Shown one piece after another: positions 1 through 12,299 of a stretch of 64,000 nt of DNA (within the stretch, counting starts at the first letter, position 1; the number at the start of each line of letters is the position of its first letter). Below the pieces are notes generated by a model. That model was not told where the DNA came from and made no database searches. It saw nothing but the letters and a program-made list of their open reading frames with translations. The DNA is from Azolla caroliniana (taxonomy: Eukaryota; Plantae; Polypodiophyta). The position numbers were made by a program, and so were the translations under genes. The stretch lies in contig JBHGNT010000017.1 of NCBI GenBank assembly GCA_043228905.1, positions 13,516,001-13,580,000 on the forward strand, in the 5' to 3' direction.

Positions 1-671
1 TTTCTAATGCACTAGTTGCATTCCCTTTTTTTCTATCTATGTTGCCATCAATCAATTGTGATCTTGTATCTACTTATGATCTTCCAAGTGAGGAGTGTTG
101 ATCTTGTTCCACATTAGATGAAGACGCTCCCAACATTTGGTATTAGAGCATGGTTTTGTTTGATTTTGCCGCCACCATCTATCTAACCTCCATCAACAAC
201 TCTTCTCCTGTACACCTTGAAGATCTTGATTGGCAACTCCTCTTGAAATCATATTTGACGAGAGAGACACATGAAGGTTTGCACTCCACTGTTCGAAATC
301 ACTCTTGAAGCCACACTTGTGCCTCACTCGGTTAGGCAGAAATCGAATAGGTCCTCTGACGCTATCCCCTCACTCATCGTAACCACTCGAAGCAAACATG
401 ACTCTAGGGGCAACCCCAATTTGTGTTTCATTCGGTTGAACGACTTTCGGGAGGACCAGTTGGCTCCGTCCCTCTCATTGGTGAAGTTACCTGAAACAGG
501 ATCGGCTTGGAGAATCACACATAATCCGTGTTGGGAAACTCGGGAAATCGATATTCGAAACTGACACGACTTGTGCCCAACTCCAACTAGAACGAAATAG
601 AGTGAGCATGACTGCTGCACTCCACCAAGGTTTGTAGCTGACTCCGGATAAAGTCTATTAAACCAACACAG

Positions 672-3600
672 ATGGCATCAACATCCGGCTCGTCAGAGAT
701 GAGTCTAAGGAAGTTCGACGGATCAAACTTCAACTTCTGGAAGGAGCAGATGCAGTACTATTTAATAGTCAAGGGGTAAATTGACCCCATTGAGAATGAA
801 GACCCTCCAGAAGGATACACGCCGCTTGAATGGGCAAAGCTCAATAAAATCGTCCGAGTAACCATTCGAATGCACCTATCGGAGTCCATGTACTTCACAA
901 TGCAATTGTGCTCGACTGCCTTCCAACTGTGGATGACACTTTCAAACACTTATGAAAAGAAGGTCGCCGCCACCAAGATATACCTGATTCAACGCCTTTA
1001 TAACCTTCGGATGAAAGAGTCTAACTCGGTCCAAGCACACCTGAACGAGTACGAAAACTTAAGCTCCCAAATTGCGGCCCAGGGGACGACAATTGAGGAT
1101 GAACTAAAAGCCATGTTTTTTAAGAGTAGTCTGCCCCCTTCTTGGGAAACTTTCGTTACAATCATGTGCAATGCGTCGATAGCTGTCATCAAGTACTCCT
1201 CAGTCACGAGTGCAAATTTGATTGAAGCAGCTCAAAGAAAATCATTTGCAAATGATTCAGCCAACAACGCCTACGTAGTACAAGGTTTGATTGACCGATC
1301 GAACAACCGTGGAAGAGGTTCTTCACGATAGCCAAACAATCAGCGAAGTCGGAGCAAGTGCCAGGATAATCGAGTCTGCAACTACAACAAGAAACCCGTA
1401 CACATCAAAGCCGATTTCCGTGCACTCAAGGCCAAAAACGATAAGGCTCAATGAGCCGATCAGAAGAAAGGCCGACACGAGAAGATCAACTACGTCGGCT
1501 CTACAGCCGAAGTATTATCAAATGACCCAAACATATTATTAATTGAGAACCCAGTCGAATCAGAAGTTTTGATTACGACCGAAGAATCGAGCGCATGGCT
1601 CTTAGATTCGGGTGCGTCCTTTCATGTGACTCCTCATCGATCCCAATTCTGGCAATACACGGCCTGACATTCCGACTCGGTTCGAGTAGGAAATTCGCAA
1701 CACTGCGACATAATTGGAATTGGCACGATAGAGCTCAACCTTGCGGGTGGCTCTACATTAGTACTACGCAATGTCTGACATGTACCTGAGTTCTCCAGAC
1801 CATTGATCTCAGTCGGACAATTGGATGAAGATGGTATTCGTGTTGGCTTCTCATAAGGAGGGTGGACGCTCCACAGGGGGAACCTCTTGCTTGCTTGAGG
1901 ACTAAAGATACACTAATTGTATCCATTGCACGTCACACTCAGAGAGGGTGACCTATTTTTGGTTGACATCCTCGTGTCATCACTATGGTATGGACAATTC
2001 GGACACCTCAGCAAGGCCAACATCACACACACTTATCTAGAGCCGGATACATCCCCAAACTCTCCTTCTTGGATCATCAGTACTGCGAGCATTGCCAATA
2101 CGGCAAATAGACAGTCGCGACACACCCGTCATCCGCCCCGAGAGAATCAAGCCCGCTCGATTTGGTCCACCGGATGTTTGTGGTCCTATGCCACATCAGT
2201 CTCTTGGAGGTGTGGGCTTATCCGATCAAAACCAAAGATCGAATGTTCTCGATCTTCTCTAATTGGCTCGCTATGGTTGAGAACCAATCCCGTCAAAAAC
2301 TGAAATGCTTTTGAACCGATAACGGGGGAGAGTTCAAATCAGAGGAATTCGTCAAATTTTGCCGACAACGCGGCCTAAGACGTGAATTTACGACACCCCA
2401 CAGTCTGGAGCAGAATGGAATCGTTGAGCGAATGAATCAGACAATTCAAGAAAGGATGGTTTTCATGCTCCAACACTCCGGACTGTCAAATGGCTTCTGG
2501 GCAGAGGACCTACTTACGGCAGTACACATAATCAATATGTCGCCGAGTACGCCTCTAGGACTTCGGATCCCTCCGGAATTATGGATTTTCGGATGTGAGG
2601 CGTACGCCTTCATCCCGAAAGATGATCGCCGCAAACTTGCACCAAGGTTCAGGAAATGTAATTTCCTCGGTTATGGACCATATCGCGAAATTGGATACCG
2701 ACTTTGGGACCTCGAGCACAGACATATCATTAGAAGTTCGGACGTCGTGTTCAACGAGTCAACCATGCATCGATCGGTCGAAAAACCGATTGAAGTCCGA
2801 CGGGTAATTTTCTCCGATGTGCCAACCCTTCATGAAGGCACATCTCACAACACGCGGTCAGCTTCACGGGTAGTTGAACCCTCTAACACCGACTCGGCAA
2901 CGTTAGAAACGACACAACCAAATGACTCGGACTTGGAACATCCGATCACGACACTCGATGCGACTAGTCCAGTCATACCTCGACGCTCCAAGAGATTGTT
3001 GCAACCCTTGGAGAGATACTCTCATGGTATCTTCTTTACGGACACTGGAGAACCGACGTCATATGAAGAAGCGTCGACATCAGCCGACTCGGCCTCTTCG
3101 CATCTGGCAAGGGAATCCGAAATCAACTCCATTCATGCAAACAACACTTCGGACTTGGTTGAATTACCGAAGAATCAACGTGCTCTTCTGTGTAAGTGGA
3201 TCTATCGAGTTATGGAGATGTCCGATTCGGCCACCCCGAAATTCAAGGCCAGATTAGTAGCGAAGGGTTTTCGACAAGAATACGGCGTCGACTTCGACGA
3301 TTTTTTTTTACCAGTGGTGAAAATGACCACCCTTCGCTTTATGCTTGGTGTAGTGGCCGCCGAGAATTTGGAGCTGATTCAGCTAGATGTCAAAACGGCT
3401 TTCCTCCATGGTGATCTTGAGTAGTAAATTTACATGGAGTAGCCGAAAGGCTTCGTGGTATCCGACCAAGAACATCTAGTCTGCCGACTTAGGAAGAGCC
3501 TTTACGGCCTGAAACAGGCGTCGTGACAATGGTACAAGAAGTTCGATGACTTCATCCAATCGATCGACTTCTCAAAGAGTGATGAGGACCACTATCTCTT

Positions 3601-4600
3601 CATGAAAACAGCTCGGGATGGATCACCCATCTTTCTCATCATCTATGTGGACGACATGCTCATCTCAGGTCACCATGTCGGAGAACTCGCCGAACTTGTT
3701 TAACAACTGTGGTTGAAGTTTACCATGAAGGATCTTGGTCCGACTCGACACATTCTTGGCATGAAAATAAGTCAGAATCGAAATCGAAGAAAATTGTTCA
3801 TGTCTCAATTCGACTACGTTGGACGTGTCTTGGAACGCTTCAACATAGAATCGGAAAAATCTACTTCAATCCTGCTCCCCATTAGTACAAGACTGTCTCA
3901 GCGAGGCTACCTGACATCTGGTCCGGAGGGGGAGATTATGAACTCAGTACCGTATGCATTGGCAACAGGCTCCTTGATGTACGCGATGGTCGCGACATGG
4001 CTTGACATCGCTCACGTTGTTGGAGTCGTCAGCAGATTTATGCACAATCATGGCCGATTGCATTGGAACGCAGTCAAGCATGTGTTCAGATACCTGGTGG
4101 GCACAAAAGACCTTGGTATTCTATTAAGCCTGAACGACATTTCAGGCATAGTCGAATACACTGACTCGGACAGTGCAGGTTGCGTAGACAAACGTAAATC
4201 GACAACTGGATATTGTTTTAAACTTGGTAATGGAGTGATCTCATGGAAATCGAAACTTCAGGAGTGCACCGCCACATCTACAACTGAGGCCGAATACATA
4301 GTCGTGTCCGATGCTGCAAAAGAGGCGTTATGGCTTAGTTAGCTGGCCTACATGTTTCGACAAGCCGTAATCAAATCGATTCCAATTGTTTACAATGATA
4401 GTCAGGGTGTTGTTGCTTTGTCAAAAAATCTGGTTCATCACAACGCCTCCAAGCATATCGATGTTCGATATCATTTCGTTCAGGACTGTGCCATTTTAGG
4501 GAAAATCGGCCTTGAGAAGGTACCTACAGCCGATAACGTTGCGGATGCAATGACTAAGTGTCTCTCGGCGGATCGATCTCGATGCCTTCGGCAATAATGA
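672..4600 (+). pseudogene. copia gag-pol polyprotein, multiple stops and frameshifts
   Basis: KFDGSNFNFWK, WLLDSGASFH (protease), QNGIVERMNQTI (integrase), KARLVAKGFRQ/QLDVKTAFLHG/YVDDML (RT), SWKSKLQ..STTEAEY/KHIDVRYH (RNase H). Confidence 0.93.
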
Positions 4601-4826
4601 AGAATCAGTCCGAATAAATCGGACACTCAAGATGTTTCTCGGACAATAGACCTGGAAAGTTTGAACTTCGGCTTCAGTCTCTCCGAACTCAACCAATCCA
4701 ACCTTCTGCTCTTCGGAGTTTACCGATTCGAATGAATTCTCGATTGTTCGGAAACCTTATATCAAGTTGTATTGTATGTTCATTTCGGTTTATAGATTTC
4801 AGATGTATACGCCCATTATGGGGGAG

Positions 4827-5159
4827 TGTTGAATACAGGCTTCTAATCGACGTATTTACATTGTCTCCTTTGTACACACTAGGCTTAGGCTACCAATGTA
4901 AATAGTGAGAAGGGTAGTTTCCCTAAGTCAGTTAGTATATAAATTGACTTTGTAACCTAGTTATGGAGTTGTTGTTCCGTGTGGTTATTGCAATATATTC
5001 TGAGTTGTGTTTAATTGTTTCTCTCTTTCTAACGACTAGTTGCATTCCCTTTTTTTCTGTCTATGTTGTCATCAATCAATTGTGATCTTGTATCTACTTA
5101 TGATCTTCCAAAAGAGGAGTGTTGATCTTGTTCCGCATCAGATGACGACGCACCCAACA
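4827..5159 (+). repeat. 3' LTR of copia A
   Basis: TGTTG...CAACA termini, follows the PPT, direct repeat of 1-135. Confidence 0.93.
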
Positions 5160-5609
5160 GGGTGCTCGGTGACTGAAAAATCAAGGGTGAACTTTGGCAT
5201 CTCCTTTGACTCCAGATCTTGCAAGGTTTGATCCTCAAGGAATACCACATCCCTACTTCTAATGAACTTCTTCTCTACTGGGTCATAAAGTCTATAGCCG
5301 AATTCCTCATGGCCATATCCTAAAAATGTGCATGGTTTGCATTTTTCATCAAGCTTGGATCTTTCATCTTGTGTGGAATAACACTCGGCCACAACCGAGA
5401 CTCAAACACTTTATGGAAGAACAAAACAGAAATGGAGGTCCGTACACTTACACAGAAGAGACGACACATGATGTTTACGTGGAAAACCCTAATAGGGAAA
5501 AACCACGGGAGCCCACAAACTCCAACTATCACTATATGAGAAAGGGGGTACAATAGAAGACTCAGAGGCAACGACCTCGAGCTTTGTATCTTCGCCAACC
5601 GGCGGCTTC

Positions 5610-5651
<42 letters not shown>

Positions 5652-8350
5652 CAACTACCAAATTCTAACTTTTCAATAATGATCACTAACTAACATTATA
5701 AGATTTTCCCTAGTTGCTTATATACTAGTACAACTTTCGGACTATTTACAAGTATATCCCACAGAGGCTTATTTCGACTATTTACAGATATAGTCTCCCA
5801 AGTTGGCTGTCTACACGATTTCGGTTTCGACCTTGGCCTATCGGCCTCGAGTGATTTTCTCATCAACTCGGCTCTTCTCTCTTTCTGTAGGGAGGGACCT
5901 ATTTCCCAACAAATTCCCCCTTCACGCCGGCATGGGGTACTTCACCAGTCTGACCCTCTGTCGGCACGCGTTCAACTTTTCGGTTGACAACACCTTCGTC
6001 AGCATGTCCAATCCATTCTCGGTCATGTGAACCTTAGTAAGAGCAAACTCCTTCTATTCTACTCTCTCTCAGAACCAATGGTATCTCCTCTGGATGTGTT
6101 TGGTCCTCGAGTGGTAGGCGGCATTTTTCACAAGGTGGATGACACTCTGATTATCATAGTAGAGTCGGAATTCTTCTTGCCGAATTCCCAGTTCACTTAT
6201 AAACTCCTTCATCCATATGATTTCCTTACTGGCTTCCATTGCGGCCATATACTCGGTTTCTGTGGTCGATAGAGCCACGATCTTCTGCAACCTCGATTGC
6301 TACGAGACAGCTTCCCCGACATGAGTCATTACGTATCTGGATGTGGATCAGCTGGTATCTTCATCAGCCGACATGTCTGAATCCATGTAACCTTCCAATG
6401 TGGGGTTATTTGAGCCGAAACAAAGACACATATTCGAGGTGCCTCTCAGGTACCGAAGTATCCACTTCATAGCAACCCAATGCTCTCTACCGGGATTGCT
6501 CATATATCGGCTAACCACTCTGACTGCGTATCCTATGTCCGGCCTCGTACAAACCATACATGAGGTTTCCAACCGCCGAGGCATAAGGAACCTTTTCCAT
6601 GTCGGACTTTTCTGTTCTCGATTTCAGACATTGGTCTTTACTTAGATTGCAATTCATCGGCAGTGTCGACCCGATAGGCTTCGCATACGACATGTTGAAC
6701 CGTCAAGCACCTTTGTCACATACTTCTGCTATGACAACCGTAGCAATTTTTTCGACCAGTCCTGGTTTATGTGCATCCCCAGTATCTGTCTTGCTAGACC
6801 CAAATCTTTCATTGCGAAGGTTCGGTTCAAAGCCTTCTTCAGATTTCAGATTTTGGTTCAGTTCGGTTCGACAATCAACATATCATCTACATACAATAGG
6901 AGTACTAGGAAGTCACCTCCATCAAATTTCTTCACGAACACCCAGTGGTCGGCTTGCGTCTTGTGGTACCCTTGGTCGATCATGAAGGAGTCAAACTTCT
7001 AGTACCATTGCCGGAGAGCTTGCTTCAGTCCTTATAAGCTCTTCTTCAACCGGCACACTAGGTGCTCCTTCCCTTTCTTCTCAAATCCTTCCGGCAGTTG
7101 CATGTAGATCTCTTCTTCGAGGTCGTCATGTAGGAACGCCTTCTTGACGTCTAGTTGCTCTACTTCGAGGTCCATGCTTGCTACTATGCTCAACACTGTC
7201 CGGATGGATGCCATCTTTATTACCGGGGCAAAGATCTCATCGAAATCCACTCCTTTCTTCTGTTGAAAACCCTTCACCACGATCCTGGCCTTGTACCTCG
7301 GTGGATTTCTGGCGTCTCCCGATTTTAGCTTGTACACCCACTTGTTCCGAAGTGCCCTCTTTCCTTTTGGCAACTCCGTCAGTTCGTATGTGTGGTTCTC
7401 ATGCAGGGAATCCATCTCGTCATGCATGGAACTCAACCACTTGCGGTTGTGGGTGTCTTTCTTTGCTTCTTCGAAGCTTTCCAACTCCCCCTCATTGGTC
7501 AGCAATACGTGCTCTGCATCCGGAAATCTCCGTGGGGCTGTTCTCTCTCTGAGAGGATATCTTTTTCCTTGGTTCTCGGCTACCGGTTCCTTCGTTTGTT
7601 CTTCATCCGAATCCGATTCGGGGTCTTGTCTGGTTCCGGTGTCCAAAACTTCTTCTTCAGTAAGTTCGGATTCTTGTCTGACTCTGACCGGTTCTTCGAG
7701 TGTCTTCCTGCTTCCGGCCGGATGAGTCCTTGTGTCTTTCGACCGATCTCTGTTGGTCAATCCGGAGTCCGTTATCTTCTTCTCCGACTCCCAGTCGGCA
7801 ATAGTCTTGTGTTCCATGAAGACTATGTCTCAACTCCGGAACACCTTCTTGTCGCCCAAATCCCACACTAACAGGCTCATGTTGATGAATCATCGTATGT
7901 ATGTCGTCATCTTCATGTGCATCACCTCCCATGTTGTGACATCGATCTTGTCCGGTTTCTTGTCCCCGAATTGTACCGGCAACCAAAGATCTTTGACCAC
8001 GAGCATGTCCCTCATCTTCGACTTCCACATTGGGTGGTTGGAGCCGGTGAGCTTGAACATGCTTCCGAATGACTCTTCTATTTTCAACCTTGCTCTGATA
8101 CCAATTTGTACGGGAATAGCACTCGGCCACAACCGAGACTCAAACACTTTATGAAAGAACAAAAACAGAAATGGAGGTTCGTACACTTACACAGAAGAGA
8201 CGACATAGGATGTTTACGTGGAAAACCCTAATAGGGAAAAACCATGAGAGCCCACAGACTCCAACTATCACTATATGAGAAAGGAGGTACAATAGAAGAC
8301 TCAGAGGCAACGACCTCGAGCTTTGTATCTTCACCAACCGGCGGCTTCAC

Positions 8351-8385
<35 letters not shown>

Positions 8386-11324
8386 GAGGCAACTACCACA
8401 TTTTTACTTTTAATTAATGATCACTAACTAACATTATAAGATTTGCCCTAATTGCTTATATACTAGTACAACTTTCGGACTATTTACAAGTATAGCCCAC
8501 AGAGGCTTATTTCGACTATTTACAGATATAGTCTCCCGAGTTGGCTGCCTACACGATTTCGGTTTCGACCTCGGCCTATCGGCCTCGGGTGATTTACTCA
8601 TCAACTCGGCTCTTCTCTCTTTCCATCCGGAGGGACATGTTTCCCAACACGTCTTTCGGGATGTGGACATAAGCCTTGCAACCAAACACTCTTAAGTGTT
8701 TGTAGGACACCTTCTTACCTGTCCACACCCTCTTGGGTACATCACCATCCAAAGTGATTGATGGGGACATATTTATGAGGTCAACGACAGTCCTCATTGC
8801 TTCACCCCGAAAAGATTTAGGCAATTTTGAGTGGGATAACATACATCTTATCCGCTCACAAATTGTCCTATTCATCCTCTCAGCCACACCATTGTGTTGA
8901 GGTGTTTTTGGAACGCTCCTCTCAAGCCTAATACCATGCTCATGAAAATATTGTTCAAATTGTCCTTGGTACTCACCCCCATTATCTACACATATACATT
9001 TAAGTTTTCTCCATGTTTCCCCTTCAAAGCGACTATGTGTTGTCTGTCGGCCAAGCAATCAACACAAGTCTCCAAATGCATACCTTTTATGTCTAGCAAG
9101 ATGTTCTTCTTTGCTAGAACATCGAGTCCCTTTTGACTTATGTGCCCAAGTCTCTCGTGCCATAGCTCAATCAAGGCATCGTTGTTGACTACGTTTACCT
9201 CTCCGTTGGACACAACATCATGCAATACATAGAGGGAATTTTGTTTTAGACATTTTGCTAATACTAGAGAGCCTTTGATAAGCTTCCATTTTCCTTCACC
9301 AAAGGAATTTGTGTAACCCTCGTCATCTAGCTTACCGGCTGAAATAATATTTAGCTGAATGTCTGGTACATGCCTAACATCTTTTAATACTAGTTTGCAA
9401 CCCATGTTTGTGGTCAGAATTATGTTTCCTATGCCAACGACCTCTATCATGCCGTGGTTAGCCATTTTGACTTTACCAAAGTCACCCCCAGCATATGACG
9501 AGAACATCTCCTAATATGGGGTAATGTGGTATGAGGCTCCCGAATAAAAAATCCAATCGGTTTGTTGGCATGCTAAACTACATCACACACAACGATAATA
9601 TCCCCATCACATGTGGTTGTCATGGAATCATTTTTCTTGTTGTCAGTAGTTCCACTCTTTTGGTCCCTCTTTTTCTTCCTACAATCTCTTTCAAAGTGGT
9701 TTGGACCACCACAATAATGACATGTGAATTCTTTCTTAGAGTCTTTCCTATTTCTAGATTTAGACCTCCCCTTAGAGTTATTCCTATTATATTGTGGGCC
9801 CCGACCCGAGTATGGCTTCTTCCTCTATTCGAGGCTTTTCCTGAGACGAAGACTTTGTGCTTATAGTTGAACTCATGCTCCTTTCGTCGTGCTTCTTCAT
9901 GTAGAAGATTCAACTTAAGCATGTCCAATGTTAGCTCTTTTTGTTGTGTTGCAGTCCCAAGTGTCACAACAAGGGTTTCCCAACTATCTGGGACAGAGCC
10001 TAACAATAACAAGGTCAACACCACATTTGCTAGAGGAGCGTATATCTAGAGAGATAGTTTGACTTATTAGTCCTTGAAACGTGTTTAGATGCTCTGCCAT
10101 ACTAGAGCCATCTTGATGTCTAAGTCTTACAAGTTTCATAAACACGGAGACTCTATTTAAGGCATTTTTGGTCTGAAACATAGTTTCGATTTCCCCCCCT
10201 AACTTGTGTGCTTTGGTTTCATCACCGAAATTATTATATAAACTCATGTCTACAAAACAACGTATGTATGATGTTGTTTTTAGATGCATTACTTCCCAAG
10301 TTAATGCTCTATGTTCTCGGGTTTGCTTATGCCATGTAGTATGGGCAACCACAAGTCCTTACATACCAGCATGTCCCTCATTTTGGACTTCCATATGGAG
10401 CAGTTGGGTTCGGTCAACTTAATCATCCCCCCTAATGATTCATCCATATTCCAAGTTTTGCGGAGGGTATAAACCTCGGCTCTGATACCACTTATTAGGA
10501 ATATGGGATTGAATCGGGATGATTTGGACTACCAATACAAGTAACAATAGATGAAACCACAAGACAAAAATGAGAGCACACCGAAATTTAACGTGGAAAA
10601 CCCAAAAATAGGGAAAAATCAGGGAACCCCTTAGGGTTCGAAACAAATTCACTATTTTTCTTAGTACAACTGAATACAACCTCTCTAGTTTTGATTAGAG
10701 GGATGTATATGCTAAGGCAACAACCTTGATTACAATTCCTCACCCAACTAGGTGGATAGAAAAGCTAGCAAAAATGGAAACAAGAAAAACACGAAACGAA
10801 GAAACCTGATGCAAGTAGACAGGATAGGTGTTGTTCAATCGTGGTTCTCTGATAGCACGAACAACCCCTCGTAGGTCTCTATCTCCACTTTGGTAGAACA
10901 CTCTTCCTCTTACTGTCACTCTTTGGTTTTCTGTTTTTCTCTTTGTTTTCTGTTTTTACTATGTGTTCTCAGAAAAATAGGTCACGTTGTGTTTCTTCCT
11001 TCTCTTTTTTTGTTTTTCTCCTTGTAGTCCAACGTCTATATACATGTGTTCACACACGCACACACACACACACACACACATAAAAGACAAACCAAAAAAA
11101 CACATACAAAAGAAAAAGGGCATATATATATATATACACACATATGATTATAAATAATTATAACTTTGCTCTGTTTTGGCCCTAAGCCAATTCGACATTC
11201 AACCGACTACCAATCGACTTTATGCTAAGCCGACTGCTGACACACACAATCAACTCTCAATCAGCCCTTCAGCTCTCAGCCGATTCCATGTTGTGGGCTC
11301 CACTTGAGGGGACAAGCCCCAACA
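5160..11324 (-). mobile_element. Ty1/copia element C (host of B and A), gag-PR-IN portion
   Basis: 5' LTR about 10493-11324, PBS (revcomp GCTCTGATACCA) 10479-10490. Gag, protease and integrase ORF fragments at 8650-10440. Integrase reads VHIPKD|ERSKLDEK across insertion B and continues at 5160-5369. Confidence 0.9.
5370..8649 (-). mobile_element. Ty1/copia element B, internally deleted (lacks most of gag, PR and IN)
   Basis: LTRs 5370-5911 and 8107-8649, PBS 8092-8103, PPT at 5912-5920, TSD CATCT/CGTCT. RT (YKARIVVKGFQQ, QLDVKKAFLH) and RH motifs at 5950-7500. Confidence 0.95.
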
Positions 11325-12299
11325 GAAGTTAGAAGATTGTTTGTAGGTCGAGTCACTACATGGTTAACTTCAAATCATGTAAAATAAGAAATCCAAGAAG
11401 CACTAACTAGTGAATCGGTCTTGTTGAAAGCAATTCAAGTGCATAACAATGCTACTTGTGATACCACATGAACAATTGAGCTTCAAGGACATGAAGACAT
11501 GATGTATGGACTTCTACACATGTCAATCCTAAATCCTTCCACCTCATTGAACCTCTTGAGTTGTTTGCTACATTATGATGTCATAAAAATTATTCACATT
11601 ATCTATACTAGATTTTTGCAACAAAACAATAATCACTTGGTTTGATATATTAAATATGTATGCGTTGAACAATGGCAAAGACTTTTGGTCGAGCAAATTG
11701 CAAACTAGTTGATCAAATTGTGGATATATTGAGGCAAAACCTTCTAAATGTGAACATATGTCCAAAGAACAATGGTTAAAGAGGCTAGAAATTATCTCGG
11801 TATATCTCGTAATAACGATATGTAATGGAAATTTGAAATTTCAAAGAAATTGGTAAGGAGACTTTAACATGAAAGTAAATGTAGTGGAATAAAACAATGA
11901 ATATGCATATGAACACATTATAAAGAAAAAGAAGAAGTTAGTATAAGTGAACACATTTAAAGAAACTAGTTATCATGCCAAATATGGATATTTCATTTTG
12001 GTTGTGAAAAATAGGACATTTTACTTGTAATGTTTGCTATCATTTTTTTTAAACTTCCTCACACTTGTTTCCTCCTCCCCTTCCATGTGGTATTGACATC
12101 ACATGGTGGCGCATCCCATCACCCATCGCTAGAGACTCTTAAAGAATTAAGGAGACATTGGGTGAGTGATCTTTGTGATCATGGTGCATATATAAAAGAA
12201 CTCATTTAACATTGTGGTTGCCAATCGGTGTCCAAGGCAACAACAAACTACATTTTGGGAATGAGCATAGTCAAATATAACAAGACTAGTCCCATAGAA

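Larger units (their letters stand above)
1..5159 (+). mobile_element. Ty1/copia LTR retrotransposon A (decayed; 5' LTR cut by window edge)
   Basis: 1-135 matches the end of the 3' LTR 4827-5159 (TG...CA). PBS TGGTATTAGAGC at 138-149 and PPT GGGGGAG just before 4827. Domains in gag-PR-IN-RT-RH order. Confidence 0.95.

Noticed and set aside
271-620. ORFs in the copia A leader
   Set aside because: Short, non-ATG or motif-free, and within the untranslated region between PBS and gag.
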